64,000 nucleotides of DNA from Halomonadaceae bacterium (GTDB lineage Bacteria; Pseudomonadota; Gammaproteobacteria; Pseudomonadales; Oleiphilaceae): positions 2,120 through 66,119 of the forward strand of contig REBR01000267.1 of the NCBI GenBank assembly GCA_007692645.1, written 5' to 3'. The notes beneath the pieces were generated by a model that was not told the origin of the DNA, ran no database searches, and was given only the letters and a program-made list of their open reading frames with translations. The position numbers and the translations under genes were made by a program. This document shows positions 37,876 to 46,231 of the stretch, piece by piece. Positions within the stretch are counted from its first letter, which is position 1. Each line of letters begins with the position of its first letter.

Positions 37876-39231
37876 ATGCGCGTAACTTTTATGGGTGGTA
37901 CCGAAACCGTGACCGGCTCCCGCTTTCTGGTGGAAAGCGAAAATGCCCGTATTCTGGTGGATTGTGGGCTCTTTCAGGGCTACAAGTGGTTGCGGGAGCG
38001 CAACTGGCAGGCTCCCCTGTTTGATATTGACGGGATCGATGCAGTGGTGCTGAGCCACGCCCACCTGGACCACTCCGGCTATATTCCCAGACTCTATCAC
38101 CTGGGCTACCGGGGGCCGGTTTACTGCCAGCATGCCACACTGGATCTGTGTGGTCTGCTGCTACCCGACAGTGGTTTTATCCAGGAAGAGGATGCCCGCT
38201 TTTTTCATCGTCACCACCTCAGTAAGCATGCCAAACCGGAGCCTCTCTATGACCGGGAGACGGCGGAGAAGAGTCTGACCCTGTTCAAATCCGTGGACTT
38301 CGGTGAAGTTTTTACTGTGGGAGATATGAAGATCCATATACAGCCTGTGGGGCACCTGCTCGGTGCCGGCAGTGTGATTATTGAAGCTGACGGCAAGCGG
38401 ATCGGTTTCTCTGGTGATGTTGGCCGTCAGGATGATCTGTTTATGTATCCTCCGAAGCCGCTGCCGGAACTGGATTTGTTGGTGCTGGAGTCCACCTACG
38501 GAAATCGCCGCCATGAAACCGGTGACCCCTGGGAACAGCTGGCCATGGTGGTGAATGAGACGGCGGCAAAAGGGGGAGTACTGCTGGTGCCCAGCTTTAC
38601 GGTCGGTCGGGCACAACTGATGCAACACATGCTGGTAACCCTGATGGCTGAGAAGCGTATTCCGCAGCTATCAATTTTCCTGGACAGCCCCATGGCCATC
38701 GATGCCTCCCACATTTATAAACGCCATGCCAGCCAGCATCGCCTGAGCGAAGGTCAGTGCCAGTGGATGTGCCAGGGTGTTACCTATACCCGTGGGGTTG
38801 AGGAATCCAGGGCACTGGAGGAAATCCGTTACCCGCATATCATCATCGCCGGCAGTGGCATGCTTACCGGTGGACGTATTCTGCACCACATGAAGCGGCT
38901 AATGGCTAATCACCGTACCACGCTATTGTTTACCGGCTTCCAGGCTGGCGGAACCCGTGGCTCACACCTGGTTAACGGGGCGGAGAGCGTCAAGATTCAC
39001 GGTGAATACATCCCCTGTAAGGCCCGAGTCGCGGTGCTGGATGGGCTCTCTGGCCATGGGGATTATCTGGAAATTGCCGATTGGTTGAAACAGTCAGCCC
39101 TGAAACCCGGTACCCGTATTCAACTGGTCCATGGGGAGCCGGAAGCGTCCGACGCCATGCGCCTCTACCTCAAAGACCACACTTCCTATGAAGTGTCAGT
39201 CGCGCAATATCACCAGATTCTTCGCGTTTAG
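37876..39231 (+). CDS. MBL-fold / beta-CASP RNA-metabolising hydrolase
   Basis: 451 aa with LSHAHLDHSGYIP (HxHxDH), ESTYGNR and a C-terminal GLSGHGD motif, typical of the CPSF73/RNase-J-like beta-CASP family. Confidence 0.85.
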   Translation: MRVTFMGGTETVTGSRFLVESENARILVDCGLFQGYKWLRERNWQAPLFDIDGIDAVVLSHAHLDHSGYIPRLYHLGYRGPVYCQHATLDLCGLLLPDSGFIQEEDARFFHRHHLSKHAKPEPLYDRETAEKSLTLFKSVDFGEVFTVGDMKIHIQPVGHLLGAGSVIIEADGKRIGFSGDVGRQDDLFMYPPKPLPELDLLVLESTYGNRRHETGDPWEQLAMVVNETAAKGGVLLVPSFTVGRAQLMQHMLVTLMAEKRIPQLSIFLDSPMAIDASHIYKRHASQHRLSEGQCQWMCQGVTYTRGVEESRALEEIRYPHIIIAGSGMLTGGRILHHMKRLMANHRTTLLFTGFQAGGTRGSHLVNGAESVKIHGEYIPCKARVAVLDGLSGHGDYLEIADWLKQSALKPGTRIQLVHGEPEASDAMRLYLKDHTSYEVSVAQYHQILRV

Positions 39232-39532
39232 GGCTAAAGGGTGGCCTGGAGACCTGCACATCAGAAATGTCCGCACAACCACTTACTTCCCCCCACTATC
39301 GCCAGCGAGCCCCCTCCGGGTAACGAATTATCCGGAGGGACACCAGACCATCAGTTGGGGCCAGGAGCTGTTTCAGGTTTATACTGGCTACCCACACGCT
39401 GCAACTACTCTCAAGGATGGCACGTAAAGCCAATAGTCGGTTGGGATTTCCCGAAGAGCCCAGCCAGCTTGGTAACGATCAGCCAGCATGAGGGTCATTA
39501 CCCCATGCGCTATTTCTGAGTCAGGAGCTCCC

Positions 39533-40351
39533 ATGTCGACAGTCCCCCGGTTCTTCCCTGTAATGTTAGTGGTGCTGTTTCTCAGTGGCTGCGGTAAACC
39601 CCAGCATGACACTCTGGTGCTGACGGGTTCCAGCACCGTGGCGCCCCTGATCAGTGATTTGGCGGCAGATTTTGAGGCCCTGAACCCGGGGGTTCGGGTG
39701 GATGTACAAAGCGGTGGCAGCAGCCGGGGGCTCGCCGATGTACGCCAGGGAACGGCGGCTCTGGGTATGATTTCAAGGGAGCTGAGATCTGAGGAGTCAG
39801 GCTTGCAGGCCCATGTAATCGCCCGGGATGGCATCAGCCTGCTGGTGCATGCCCGCAACCCGGTGACAGAGCTCTCTGACGAACAGGTGCGTCGGCTGTT
39901 TCGCGGGGAAATTGCCAACTGGCAGGAAGTGACCGATTTCGATGCCCGGGTCAGCATTGTGCATAAGGGGGAAGGGCGGGCTACTCTGGATGTCTTTCTG
40001 GCTTATTTCGCCCTGCATAACCGGGACGTGAAAGCAGATTTGATTGTCGGCGAAAACCAGCAGGGCATTCGCTCTGTGGCGGGCAACCCCGGGGCCATAG
40101 GCTATGTATCTATTGGGTCGGCCAATTATGAGATTGCTCAGGGGGTGCCGGTAAAGGGGTTGGCTATTGCCGGCGTTGCGCCGGATGCAACGGCGATTGC
40201 CCAGGGGGATTATCCCCTGAGCCGCAATCTGAATCTGGTCACTCAGGGGGAGCTAGGGGGGCTGGCGGCAGACTTTGTCGCCTACGCCCGTTCCCCCCAA
40301 GCCCATGAGCGCATTCAGCAGCACTTTTTCACGCCTGTGGTGAACCCCTGA
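39533..40351 (+). CDS. pstS: PstS-family substrate-binding lipoprotein (Pst paralogue)
   Basis: The ATG at 39533 follows AGGAG. It has a lipobox (LSGC) plus GSSTVAPL, GGSSRG and GAIGYVS motifs. The ORF-track start at 39488 is less likely. Confidence 0.85.
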   Translation: MSTVPRFFPVMLVVLFLSGCGKPQHDTLVLTGSSTVAPLISDLAADFEALNPGVRVDVQSGGSSRGLADVRQGTAALGMISRELRSEESGLQAHVIARDGISLLVHARNPVTELSDEQVRRLFRGEIANWQEVTDFDARVSIVHKGEGRATLDVFLAYFALHNRDVKADLIVGENQQGIRSVAGNPGAIGYVSIGSANYEIAQGVPVKGLAIAGVAPDATAIAQGDYPLSRNLNLVTQGELGGLAADFVAYARSPQAHERIQQHFFTPVVNP

Positions 40352-41181
40352 TGAGGGACCAGGTGCTGCGGTTGATAACGGGCCTGGCCGCATTGGTAGC
40401 TGGGCTGTTGCTGCTGCTGATTCTGGCTGAGCTGGTGCGGGCCAGCTGGCCCGCACTGACAGGCCTGCCGGTTAAAGCCTGGTTATTCTCCGGGCACTGG
40501 GCGCCAGGGGATGGCCAGTTCGGTTTGGGGGCCATGTTAGCCTCAAGCCTTGCCGTCAGCGTGCTGGCCCTGGCTATTGCGGCACCGGCGGGGATTCTGA
40601 TCGGCGCCTGGCTGCACCTGAGTGCCCCGGCCTGGATCGCTGTTCCTTTACGGGCCCTACAAGGCGTGATGGCGGGGATCCCTTCCGTGGTTTATGGCTT
40701 TTGGGGCCTGATTACCCTGGTGCCGCTGGTGAACCAGTGGGCGCCCCCTGGGGCGGTTCTGATCACTGCAGTGCTGGTGTTGGCGCTGATGATTCTGCCT
40801 CTGAGTGTGCTGGTGACCGATGCGGCCCTGCATCAGGTGCCGGCCCGCTCACTGCAGGCGGCCAGAGCCCTGGCCCTGTCCCGCTGGGGCACGTTCCGTC
40901 AGGTGATGTGGCCAACGGTGCGGGGCAGCATCGCCAGCGGTGTGGTATTGCAGTTTGGCCGCGCCCTGGGGGAGACACTGGCGGTGTTGATGGTGGCCGG
41001 CAATGTGATTCGCTGGCCGGGCTCCCTGACCGAGCCGGTGCGGACCATTACCGCCAATATCGCCCTGGAAATGGGCTATGCCTCTGGGCTGCATAGCCAG
41101 GTCCTGTTTCTCAGCGGCCTCATCCTGCTGCTGCTGGTGATGGCCTGTATGCTGCTGGTGCGTGGAGGGTTACGGGGATGA
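40351..41181 (+). CDS. pstC: ABC permease PstC-like
   Basis: 276-aa polytopic ORF with an EAA-loop-like RALGETLAV. The start abuts the pstS stop. Confidence 0.88.
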   Translation: MRDQVLRLITGLAALVAGLLLLLILAELVRASWPALTGLPVKAWLFSGHWAPGDGQFGLGAMLASSLAVSVLALAIAAPAGILIGAWLHLSAPAWIAVPLRALQGVMAGIPSVVYGFWGLITLVPLVNQWAPPGAVLITAVLVLALMILPLSVLVTDAALHQVPARSLQAARALALSRWGTFRQVMWPTVRGSIASGVVLQFGRALGETLAVLMVAGNVIRWPGSLTEPVRTITANIALEMGYASGLHSQVLFLSGLILLLLVMACMLLVRGGLRG

Positions 41182-42026
41182 ACCTGACCCAGCGGGACTG
41201 GCTGTTCACCGTCACTGGCGGCCTGTTGGTGTGCCTGGTGTTATTGCCTCTGGTCGCCATGCTGTTTGATCTGTTGCGTTTGGGGTTGCCGGTGCTGGGG
41301 TGGGAGTTTTTACTCACTGCCCCCAGCAACGCCGGACGCAGTGGCGGCATTGCTCCCCTGTTGATTTCCACCGGTTGGATTCTGCTGGTGTGCCTGAGTG
41401 TGGCGGTACCGGTTGGGCTGGGGTGTGCCGTGTTTCTTAATGAGTGGCTATTGCCGGAGTCGCGGCTGTCCCGGGGGATCGGTTTGAGTCTGGATGTGCT
41501 CAGTGGGGTGCCGTCGATTATCTTCGGTCTGTTTGGTTATCAGGTGTTTGCCATTACTCTGGGGCTGGGTTTTTCCATCCTCTCTGGTGGTCTGGCCCTG
41601 GCCTGCATGGTGCTGCCTTTTATCGTCCGTACCAGTCAGCAGTCCCTGGCCGCTGTGCCGGCGGGTTACCGCCAGGCGGCACAGGCCCTGTCCCTGAGCC
41701 AGACCGGCATGCTCTGGCGGGTGGTGCTACCCACTGCCTCCCCGGGGATTGCCGCCGGCGTGGTGCTGGCTACCGGCCGGGCCCTGGGGGAAACGGCGGT
41801 GCTGATTTTTACCGCCGGCTATGTGCTGCGCCAGCCGGATTCCGTGCTGGATTCGGGCCGCGCCCTGGCGGTGCATATTTATGATCTGGCCACCAATGTT
41901 ACCGGTGGCACCAGTCACGGGGCCGCCACGGCCCTGGTGTTGCTGGCGCTGATTCTGATTGCCACCACCAGTGTCCGCTCCGGAGCCGGTCTGTGGAGCC
42001 GCTATATGCTTGAGGAAAAACGATGA
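41178..42026 (+). CDS. pstA: ABC permease PstA-like
   Basis: 282-aa polytopic ORF with RALGETAVL. It overlaps pstC by 4 nt. Confidence 0.88.
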   Translation: MNLTQRDWLFTVTGGLLVCLVLLPLVAMLFDLLRLGLPVLGWEFLLTAPSNAGRSGGIAPLLISTGWILLVCLSVAVPVGLGCAVFLNEWLLPESRLSRGIGLSLDVLSGVPSIIFGLFGYQVFAITLGLGFSILSGGLALACMVLPFIVRTSQQSLAAVPAGYRQAAQALSLSQTGMLWRVVLPTASPGIAAGVVLATGRALGETAVLIFTAGYVLRQPDSVLDSGRALAVHIYDLATNVTGGTSHGAATALVLLALILIATTSVRSGAGLWSRYMLEEKR

Positions 42027-42865
42027 GTCTGACCAGCCCCAGTACCTTTTCCGCTTCGGCGGAGGTTTTACCTGCCCATGATCAGGTTGTTCAGTCGCGG
42101 GCGCCGGTGGTCAGTATTGACCAGGTGAGTGTGTTTTACGGTGACCAATGCGCGATCCAGCGGGCTTCACTGACGGTTCAGCCTGGTCAGCTGATGGCCC
42201 TGGTGGGCCCCAGCGGTTGTGGCAAGACCAGTCTGCTACACAGCATCAACCGGCTAACCGATAGTGTGGCCGGCTGCCGTGTAACGGGCGAGACCCGGGT
42301 CGGGGAGTTGGCGGTGAACGCACCGGCCACCTCACTGCGTGAGCTGCGGACCCGTATTGGCATGGTCTTTCAGCAGCCCAATCCTTTCCCCCTGTCGGTG
42401 GCCGACAATATCCGCTTTCCCCTGAAGGAGCATGGTCTGCGCAATAAGCAGGCACTGAATCAGCGGGTAGAGCAAAATCTCCGAGCCGTGGGGTTATGGG
42501 ATGAGGTTAAAGACCGGCTGCAGCAATCGGCCTTGTCACTTTCCGGTGGCCAGCAGCAGCGCCTGTGCCTGGCCCGGGCCCTGGCCATGGAACCTGAGGT
42601 GCTGCTGCTGGATGAGCCCTGTTCGGCCCTGGACCCGGTGGCTACAGAGACCATCGAACAACTGATTCGCAGCCTGAAAGGGCACTACACGGTGCTGATG
42701 GTGACCCACAACCTGGCACAAGCCCGGCGCATAGCCGATGCTGTCACGGTGTGTTGGGTGGATGAAGGCTGTGGCTGTGTGGTGGAAACCGGCTCCCGGG
42801 AAGCCATCTTTGTCAATTCCAGTAACCCGGTAACCCGGGCTTATTGCAGTGGTGAAAAAGGCTAG
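42023..42865 (+). CDS. pstB: ABC ATPase PstB-like
   Basis: 280 aa with Walker A (GPSGCGKT), the PstB-typical MVFQQPNPFP, LSGGQQQRLCLARA, LLDEPCSALDP and VTHNLAQA. It overlaps pstA by 4 nt. Confidence 0.93.
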   Translation: MSLTSPSTFSASAEVLPAHDQVVQSRAPVVSIDQVSVFYGDQCAIQRASLTVQPGQLMALVGPSGCGKTSLLHSINRLTDSVAGCRVTGETRVGELAVNAPATSLRELRTRIGMVFQQPNPFPLSVADNIRFPLKEHGLRNKQALNQRVEQNLRAVGLWDEVKDRLQQSALSLSGGQQQRLCLARALAMEPEVLLLDEPCSALDPVATETIEQLIRSLKGHYTVLMVTHNLAQARRIADAVTVCWVDEGCGCVVETGSREAIFVNSSNPVTRAYCSGEKG

Positions 42866-43266
42866 TGCGGTTGGTTCGAAAGGGTAGCGCGGATTAATTG
42901 CAGCAGATCCCGGGCTTCAAAGGGCTTGCCCATCACGGTCACCGCTCCGGCATTCAATGCCCGCTGAACCAGCGGGTTATGGGGTTGCGCGGTCAGGAGA
43001 ATGGTCGATGCCGGCCAGAGGCGAGCCTGCAGCTGTTCCTGCAGCTCAGCACCATTGATATCCGGTAAGTGGATATCCAGCAGCAGACAGCAGGGTTGCT
43101 GTGGCTCGATAGGCAGTTGGTCCAGGAAGTCACTGCCATGGGCAAACAGGTGAACCTGCCAGCCACAGGTGTGCAGAAGCAATTCCAGTGAATCCCGTAT
43201 GGCACAGTTATCCTCCACCACATAAATCAGTGGCACCGGGTCCTGGATTGAAAGGGGGCTTTTCAT
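42862..43266 (-). CDS. single-domain response-regulator receiver (FixT-like candidate)
   Basis: Receiver fold only, with VVEDN, phospho-acceptor context LLLDIHLPD, then LTAQ and GKPF. No output domain. The protein contains four Cys. The start is ambiguous (43266 ATG, 43317 ATG or 43344 GTG). Confidence 0.8.
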   Translation of the reverse strand: MKSPLSIQDPVPLIYVVEDNCAIRDSLELLLHTCGWQVHLFAHGSDFLDQLPIEPQQPCCLLLDIHLPDINGAELQEQLQARLWPASTILLTAQPHNPLVQRALNAGAVTVMGKPFEARDLLQLIRATLSNQPH

Positions 43267-43353
43267 GGTGGTGTTATGGTCCTGGCACCCGACGTTTGAG
43301 GGCTGTATACGCTCCATTGAACCGGGTTGCTCACCGGATGACACTGACCGTCA

Positions 43354-43977
43354 TCAATGTTCCTGCTGATGCTTTAAAGCCACTTGTTTTTTTACCAGAT
43401 CTGCTGCAGTTCTAAGGGCCAGTTTCTTCATCGCCCGACCCCGGTGCACCTCTACGGTTCGCTCACTGATACCCAATTCCAGGGCGATAACTTTATTGGC
43501 CTGGCCGTCTGCGGCCAGGCGTGCAACCTCAAGCTCTCTGGGGCTCAGCAGGGCAATACGCTGTTGCCATTGGGCATCCTGATTTGCCAAAGCCAGTTGT
43601 TGCCGATGCTGTTCGGTGGCATTACAGATAATGTCCAGTAAGGCCTCCCGGTCGAAAAGCGGCTTCTCCAGAAAATCCATGGCTCCCTGTTTCAGGGCAT
43701 TCACCGCCAGGGGCACCTGGCCATGGCCGGTTAAAAAGACTATGGGCAGCAGGCACCTCTCCGCCTGCAATTGTGCCTGAACATCCAGGCCGCTGACCCC
43801 GGGCATATGGATATCCAGCAGCAGACAGGCCGGGCCGGTTGGCCGGGGAGCGGCGAGAAAATCGCTGCCTGAGCTGAATTGCTGCACGGTCAGTCCGGCA
43901 CCGTGCATCAGCAGTGTCAGCGCTTCCCGTACAGCGTCATCATCATCCACAATTACCACGTGGCGAGTTTCGGTCAT
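43354..43977 (-). CDS. fixJ: FixJ-family response regulator (REC + LuxR HTH)
   Basis: 207 aa with IVDDDDAVREAL, LLLDIHMPGVSG, FLTGHGQVPLAV, DFLEKP, LSPRELEV and ISERTVEVHRGRAMKK. It aligns closely with S. meliloti FixJ as recalled. Confidence 0.85.
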   Translation of the reverse strand: MTETRHVVIVDDDDAVREALTLLMHGAGLTVQQFSSGSDFLAAPRPTGPACLLLDIHMPGVSGLDVQAQLQAERCLLPIVFLTGHGQVPLAVNALKQGAMDFLEKPLFDREALLDIICNATEQHRQQLALANQDAQWQQRIALLSPRELEVARLAADGQANKVIALELGISERTVEVHRGRAMKKLALRTAADLVKKQVALKHQQEH

Positions 43978-44112
43978 GGGGTTAGCTCATGAGTGGAAAA
44001 ACAGTATTGTCTGGGACCATAGCAAATTTCTCCTTATGGCCTCCAGCAGTGAGCAACGCTTTTTCGCCACGGTGATTTCATCAAAGAGGCGCCTGTCAGT
44101 CTCCGCAAGGGA

Positions 44113-45459
44113 TTATGGGAGTAGATGAAGTACCTGTTCCAGCATGGGGTCAAGACCGTCAGCCCGCCCCCGGCGCCCAAGAAAGGGCAGGCGTACATGG
44201 GGAGGAATGCCTACATCCTCATACAGGGCACCATCGAAGGAGTGATACAGCTCATTGGAAAGGGTTACGGTCCAGCCATTGGGCAGTTGCCGCTCCAGGG
44301 TATCTGAAAGAATGCCATGGGTGGGTTCCCCGATCAGGGTCAGACGGGGGTGCTGCAGCAGGGACAGCACGAAGATTTCCGCGGCGCTGGCGGTCAGTTC
44401 GCTGGTCAGCAGAAAAATCCGCCCGCTGTACACCGGGCTATCCGCCGGACGCAAGGTCACGGTTTGCCGGCCGGTGAAGGTGTCGCCCATGCGGGCTGCT
44501 TTACTGAAAGCGACCCGGCGCCGGTCGATCAGGTAGCTGGCCAGGCGCAATGCAACGCCGTCATAGCCGCCGCCATTACCCCGCAGGTCTACCACCAGTG
44601 CAGGCAGGTGTCCCAGGTCTTTCAATACCCGGGGCATGGCCTGGTCCACACTGGCCATGTCCTCGGCCGGGTAACCGATGCGGCCACTTTGACCGGCCAT
44701 GGCACGGATGTTCAGGTAGCCTGCCCGGTCACTGATGGCCCCCCACTCCAGCAACCGGTTGCAGCTGTGTTGCGAGCCGCCGCTCAGGTAATCATCATGA
44801 ATCACCTCCCGCAGCCACTCCCTCAGCTCGGCCAGGTAAGAAAGCACTTCACGGTTGTCATCCGCCTCTTGCAGTTCCCGCATTAACCGGCGGTACAGGG
44901 CAGGGCGGGCAGAGGCGCTGCTATTGGCAAAGGGGGCTGACAGGCGAACATGGCCATCCCGCAGGGGGCGGATCATGGCGCTTATCAGGGCAAACAGATC
45001 CTCTTGGCTAGTCTGCGGTGTCACCTTGCTCTGGTAGCGTTGGTGGTGGCTTAACCAGTCCAGTCCCTTGAGAGTAAACAGGGCATATTGCTCATAAAAA
45101 GTGGCACAAAAAACTTCAAAATTGAAGACTGGGTCGTTCAGCTCCTCCTCGCTGAGCTCCACACAGGTGTCAGGCAGGGATTGCAGCCGGCGATAGCTGA
45201 TACGGGTTACGCCGGTGGCCCGGCGAGCACTGAAACTGTTGCCTCCATCGCTGATGTTCAGATCCACATAGCGCTGGGTCAGGTCAGACAGGGGCCCCTC
45301 ATAAACCGGCAGACAGCTGATGCGGGTTTCTTCATAGTAGATGTAATCATCTTCCCCAATGACCAGTAACCGGCCGTAGCCACGGCAGCGCCATATGCCT
45401 TTCAGGGTCTGAAAGTGAGGCAGTTTCGGTGCGCTGATCTGGGAAGTGCTGGTTGCCAT
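44113..45459 (-). CDS. S41-family (tail-specific-protease-like) serine peptidase, no signal peptide
   Basis: The ATG at 45459 follows AGGGGG. Motifs are VDLRGNGGG, LTSELTASAAEIF (Ser) and LIGEPTHG. The N-terminus is not hydrophobic. Confidence 0.8.
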   Translation of the reverse strand: MATSTSQISAPKLPHFQTLKGIWRCRGYGRLLVIGEDDYIYYEETRISCLPVYEGPLSDLTQRYVDLNISDGGNSFSARRATGVTRISYRRLQSLPDTCVELSEEELNDPVFNFEVFCATFYEQYALFTLKGLDWLSHHQRYQSKVTPQTSQEDLFALISAMIRPLRDGHVRLSAPFANSSASARPALYRRLMRELQEADDNREVLSYLAELREWLREVIHDDYLSGGSQHSCNRLLEWGAISDRAGYLNIRAMAGQSGRIGYPAEDMASVDQAMPRVLKDLGHLPALVVDLRGNGGGYDGVALRLASYLIDRRRVAFSKAARMGDTFTGRQTVTLRPADSPVYSGRIFLLTSELTASAAEIFVLSLLQHPRLTLIGEPTHGILSDTLERQLPNGWTVTLSNELYHSFDGALYEDVGIPPHVRLPFLGRRGRADGLDPMLEQVLHLLP

Positions 45460-45499
45460 GATTACTGCCCCCTGTAAGGGTAAAACTGGCAAAGTGGCC

Positions 45500-46228
45500 T
45501 CAGAAGGGTGCCAGGGACCTGAGCTCTGGTGACTGCCCGGCAGCCGCTTCGATAAACCATACCCGCTTATCCCAATCCCCCAGTACCAGACGTCGGGCTG
45601 GTTGCTGGTTTACTTCGAACTGGTGAACCTTGGGTCGGTGAGTATGGCCATGAATCAAAGCCCTGACATCTTTATCTGCCATAACCCGTTCCACTTCCCC
45701 GGGGTTCACATCCATGATTTCCTGGGCTTTACCCTGATTTTTCAGCTGACTCAGCTGACGCAGCTGTTTGGCCACCATTTGCCGTTCTGCCAGGGGGCGG
45801 GCCAGAAACGCCTGGTGCCAGGACCCGTCCCGCACACTGCGGCGGAACTTCATGTACTCCACATCGTCGATGCACAGGCTGTCGCCGTGCATTAACAGGG
45901 TGGGCTCACCATAAAGATCTACCACAGTGGGGTCATCCAGCAGACGGGCCCCCAGCCGTTGGCAGAAATCATTGCCAATCAGCAGGTCCCGGTTGCCGTG
46001 CATCAGATACAGGGCGGTGCCGGAGGCGGAAACCGCCTGCAGCGCCTGGGTCACTTCCTGCTGCAGGGGAGTGCGCTCATCATCACCAATCCAGTTTTCA
46101 AACAGATCCCCCAGAATATACAGGGCATCTATGCCGTAGCAGTGCCTGGGAAGGAAATCGAGCAGGGCATCGGTAATATCCCGGCGGCTTTCTTCCAGAT
46201 GCAGGTCGGCAATGAACAGGGTGGCCAT
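45500..46228 (-). CDS. lpxH: UDP-2,3-diacylglucosamine diphosphatase
   Basis: 242 aa with FIADLHL, GDLF, HGNRD and GHTH metallophosphatase motifs. Confidence 0.92.
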   Translation of the reverse strand: MATLFIADLHLEESRRDITDALLDFLPRHCYGIDALYILGDLFENWIGDDERTPLQQEVTQALQAVSASGTALYLMHGNRDLLIGNDFCQRLGARLLDDPTVVDLYGEPTLLMHGDSLCIDDVEYMKFRRSVRDGSWHQAFLARPLAERQMVAKQLRQLSQLKNQGKAQEIMDVNPGEVERVMADKDVRALIHGHTHRPKVHQFEVNQQPARRLVLGDWDKRVWFIEAAAGQSPELRSLAPF

Positions 46229-46231
46229 GGG

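Noticed and set aside
39232-39532. ORFs 39131..39427 and 39241..39519 in the beta-CASP / pstS spacer as small genes, and a Pho box in the same region.
   Set aside because: The ORFs have no RBS, show odd composition and overlap the end of the beta-CASP gene. I also could not find a CTGTCAT-type direct repeat, so neither a gene nor a Pho box is supported.
44072-44084. TTGATGAAATCAC (minus strand) upstream of fixJ, as an FNR/FixK box.
   Set aside because: The left half-site is perfect, but the right half is out of register by one base (TTGA-N5-TCAC). It does not fit the N4/N6 spacing.
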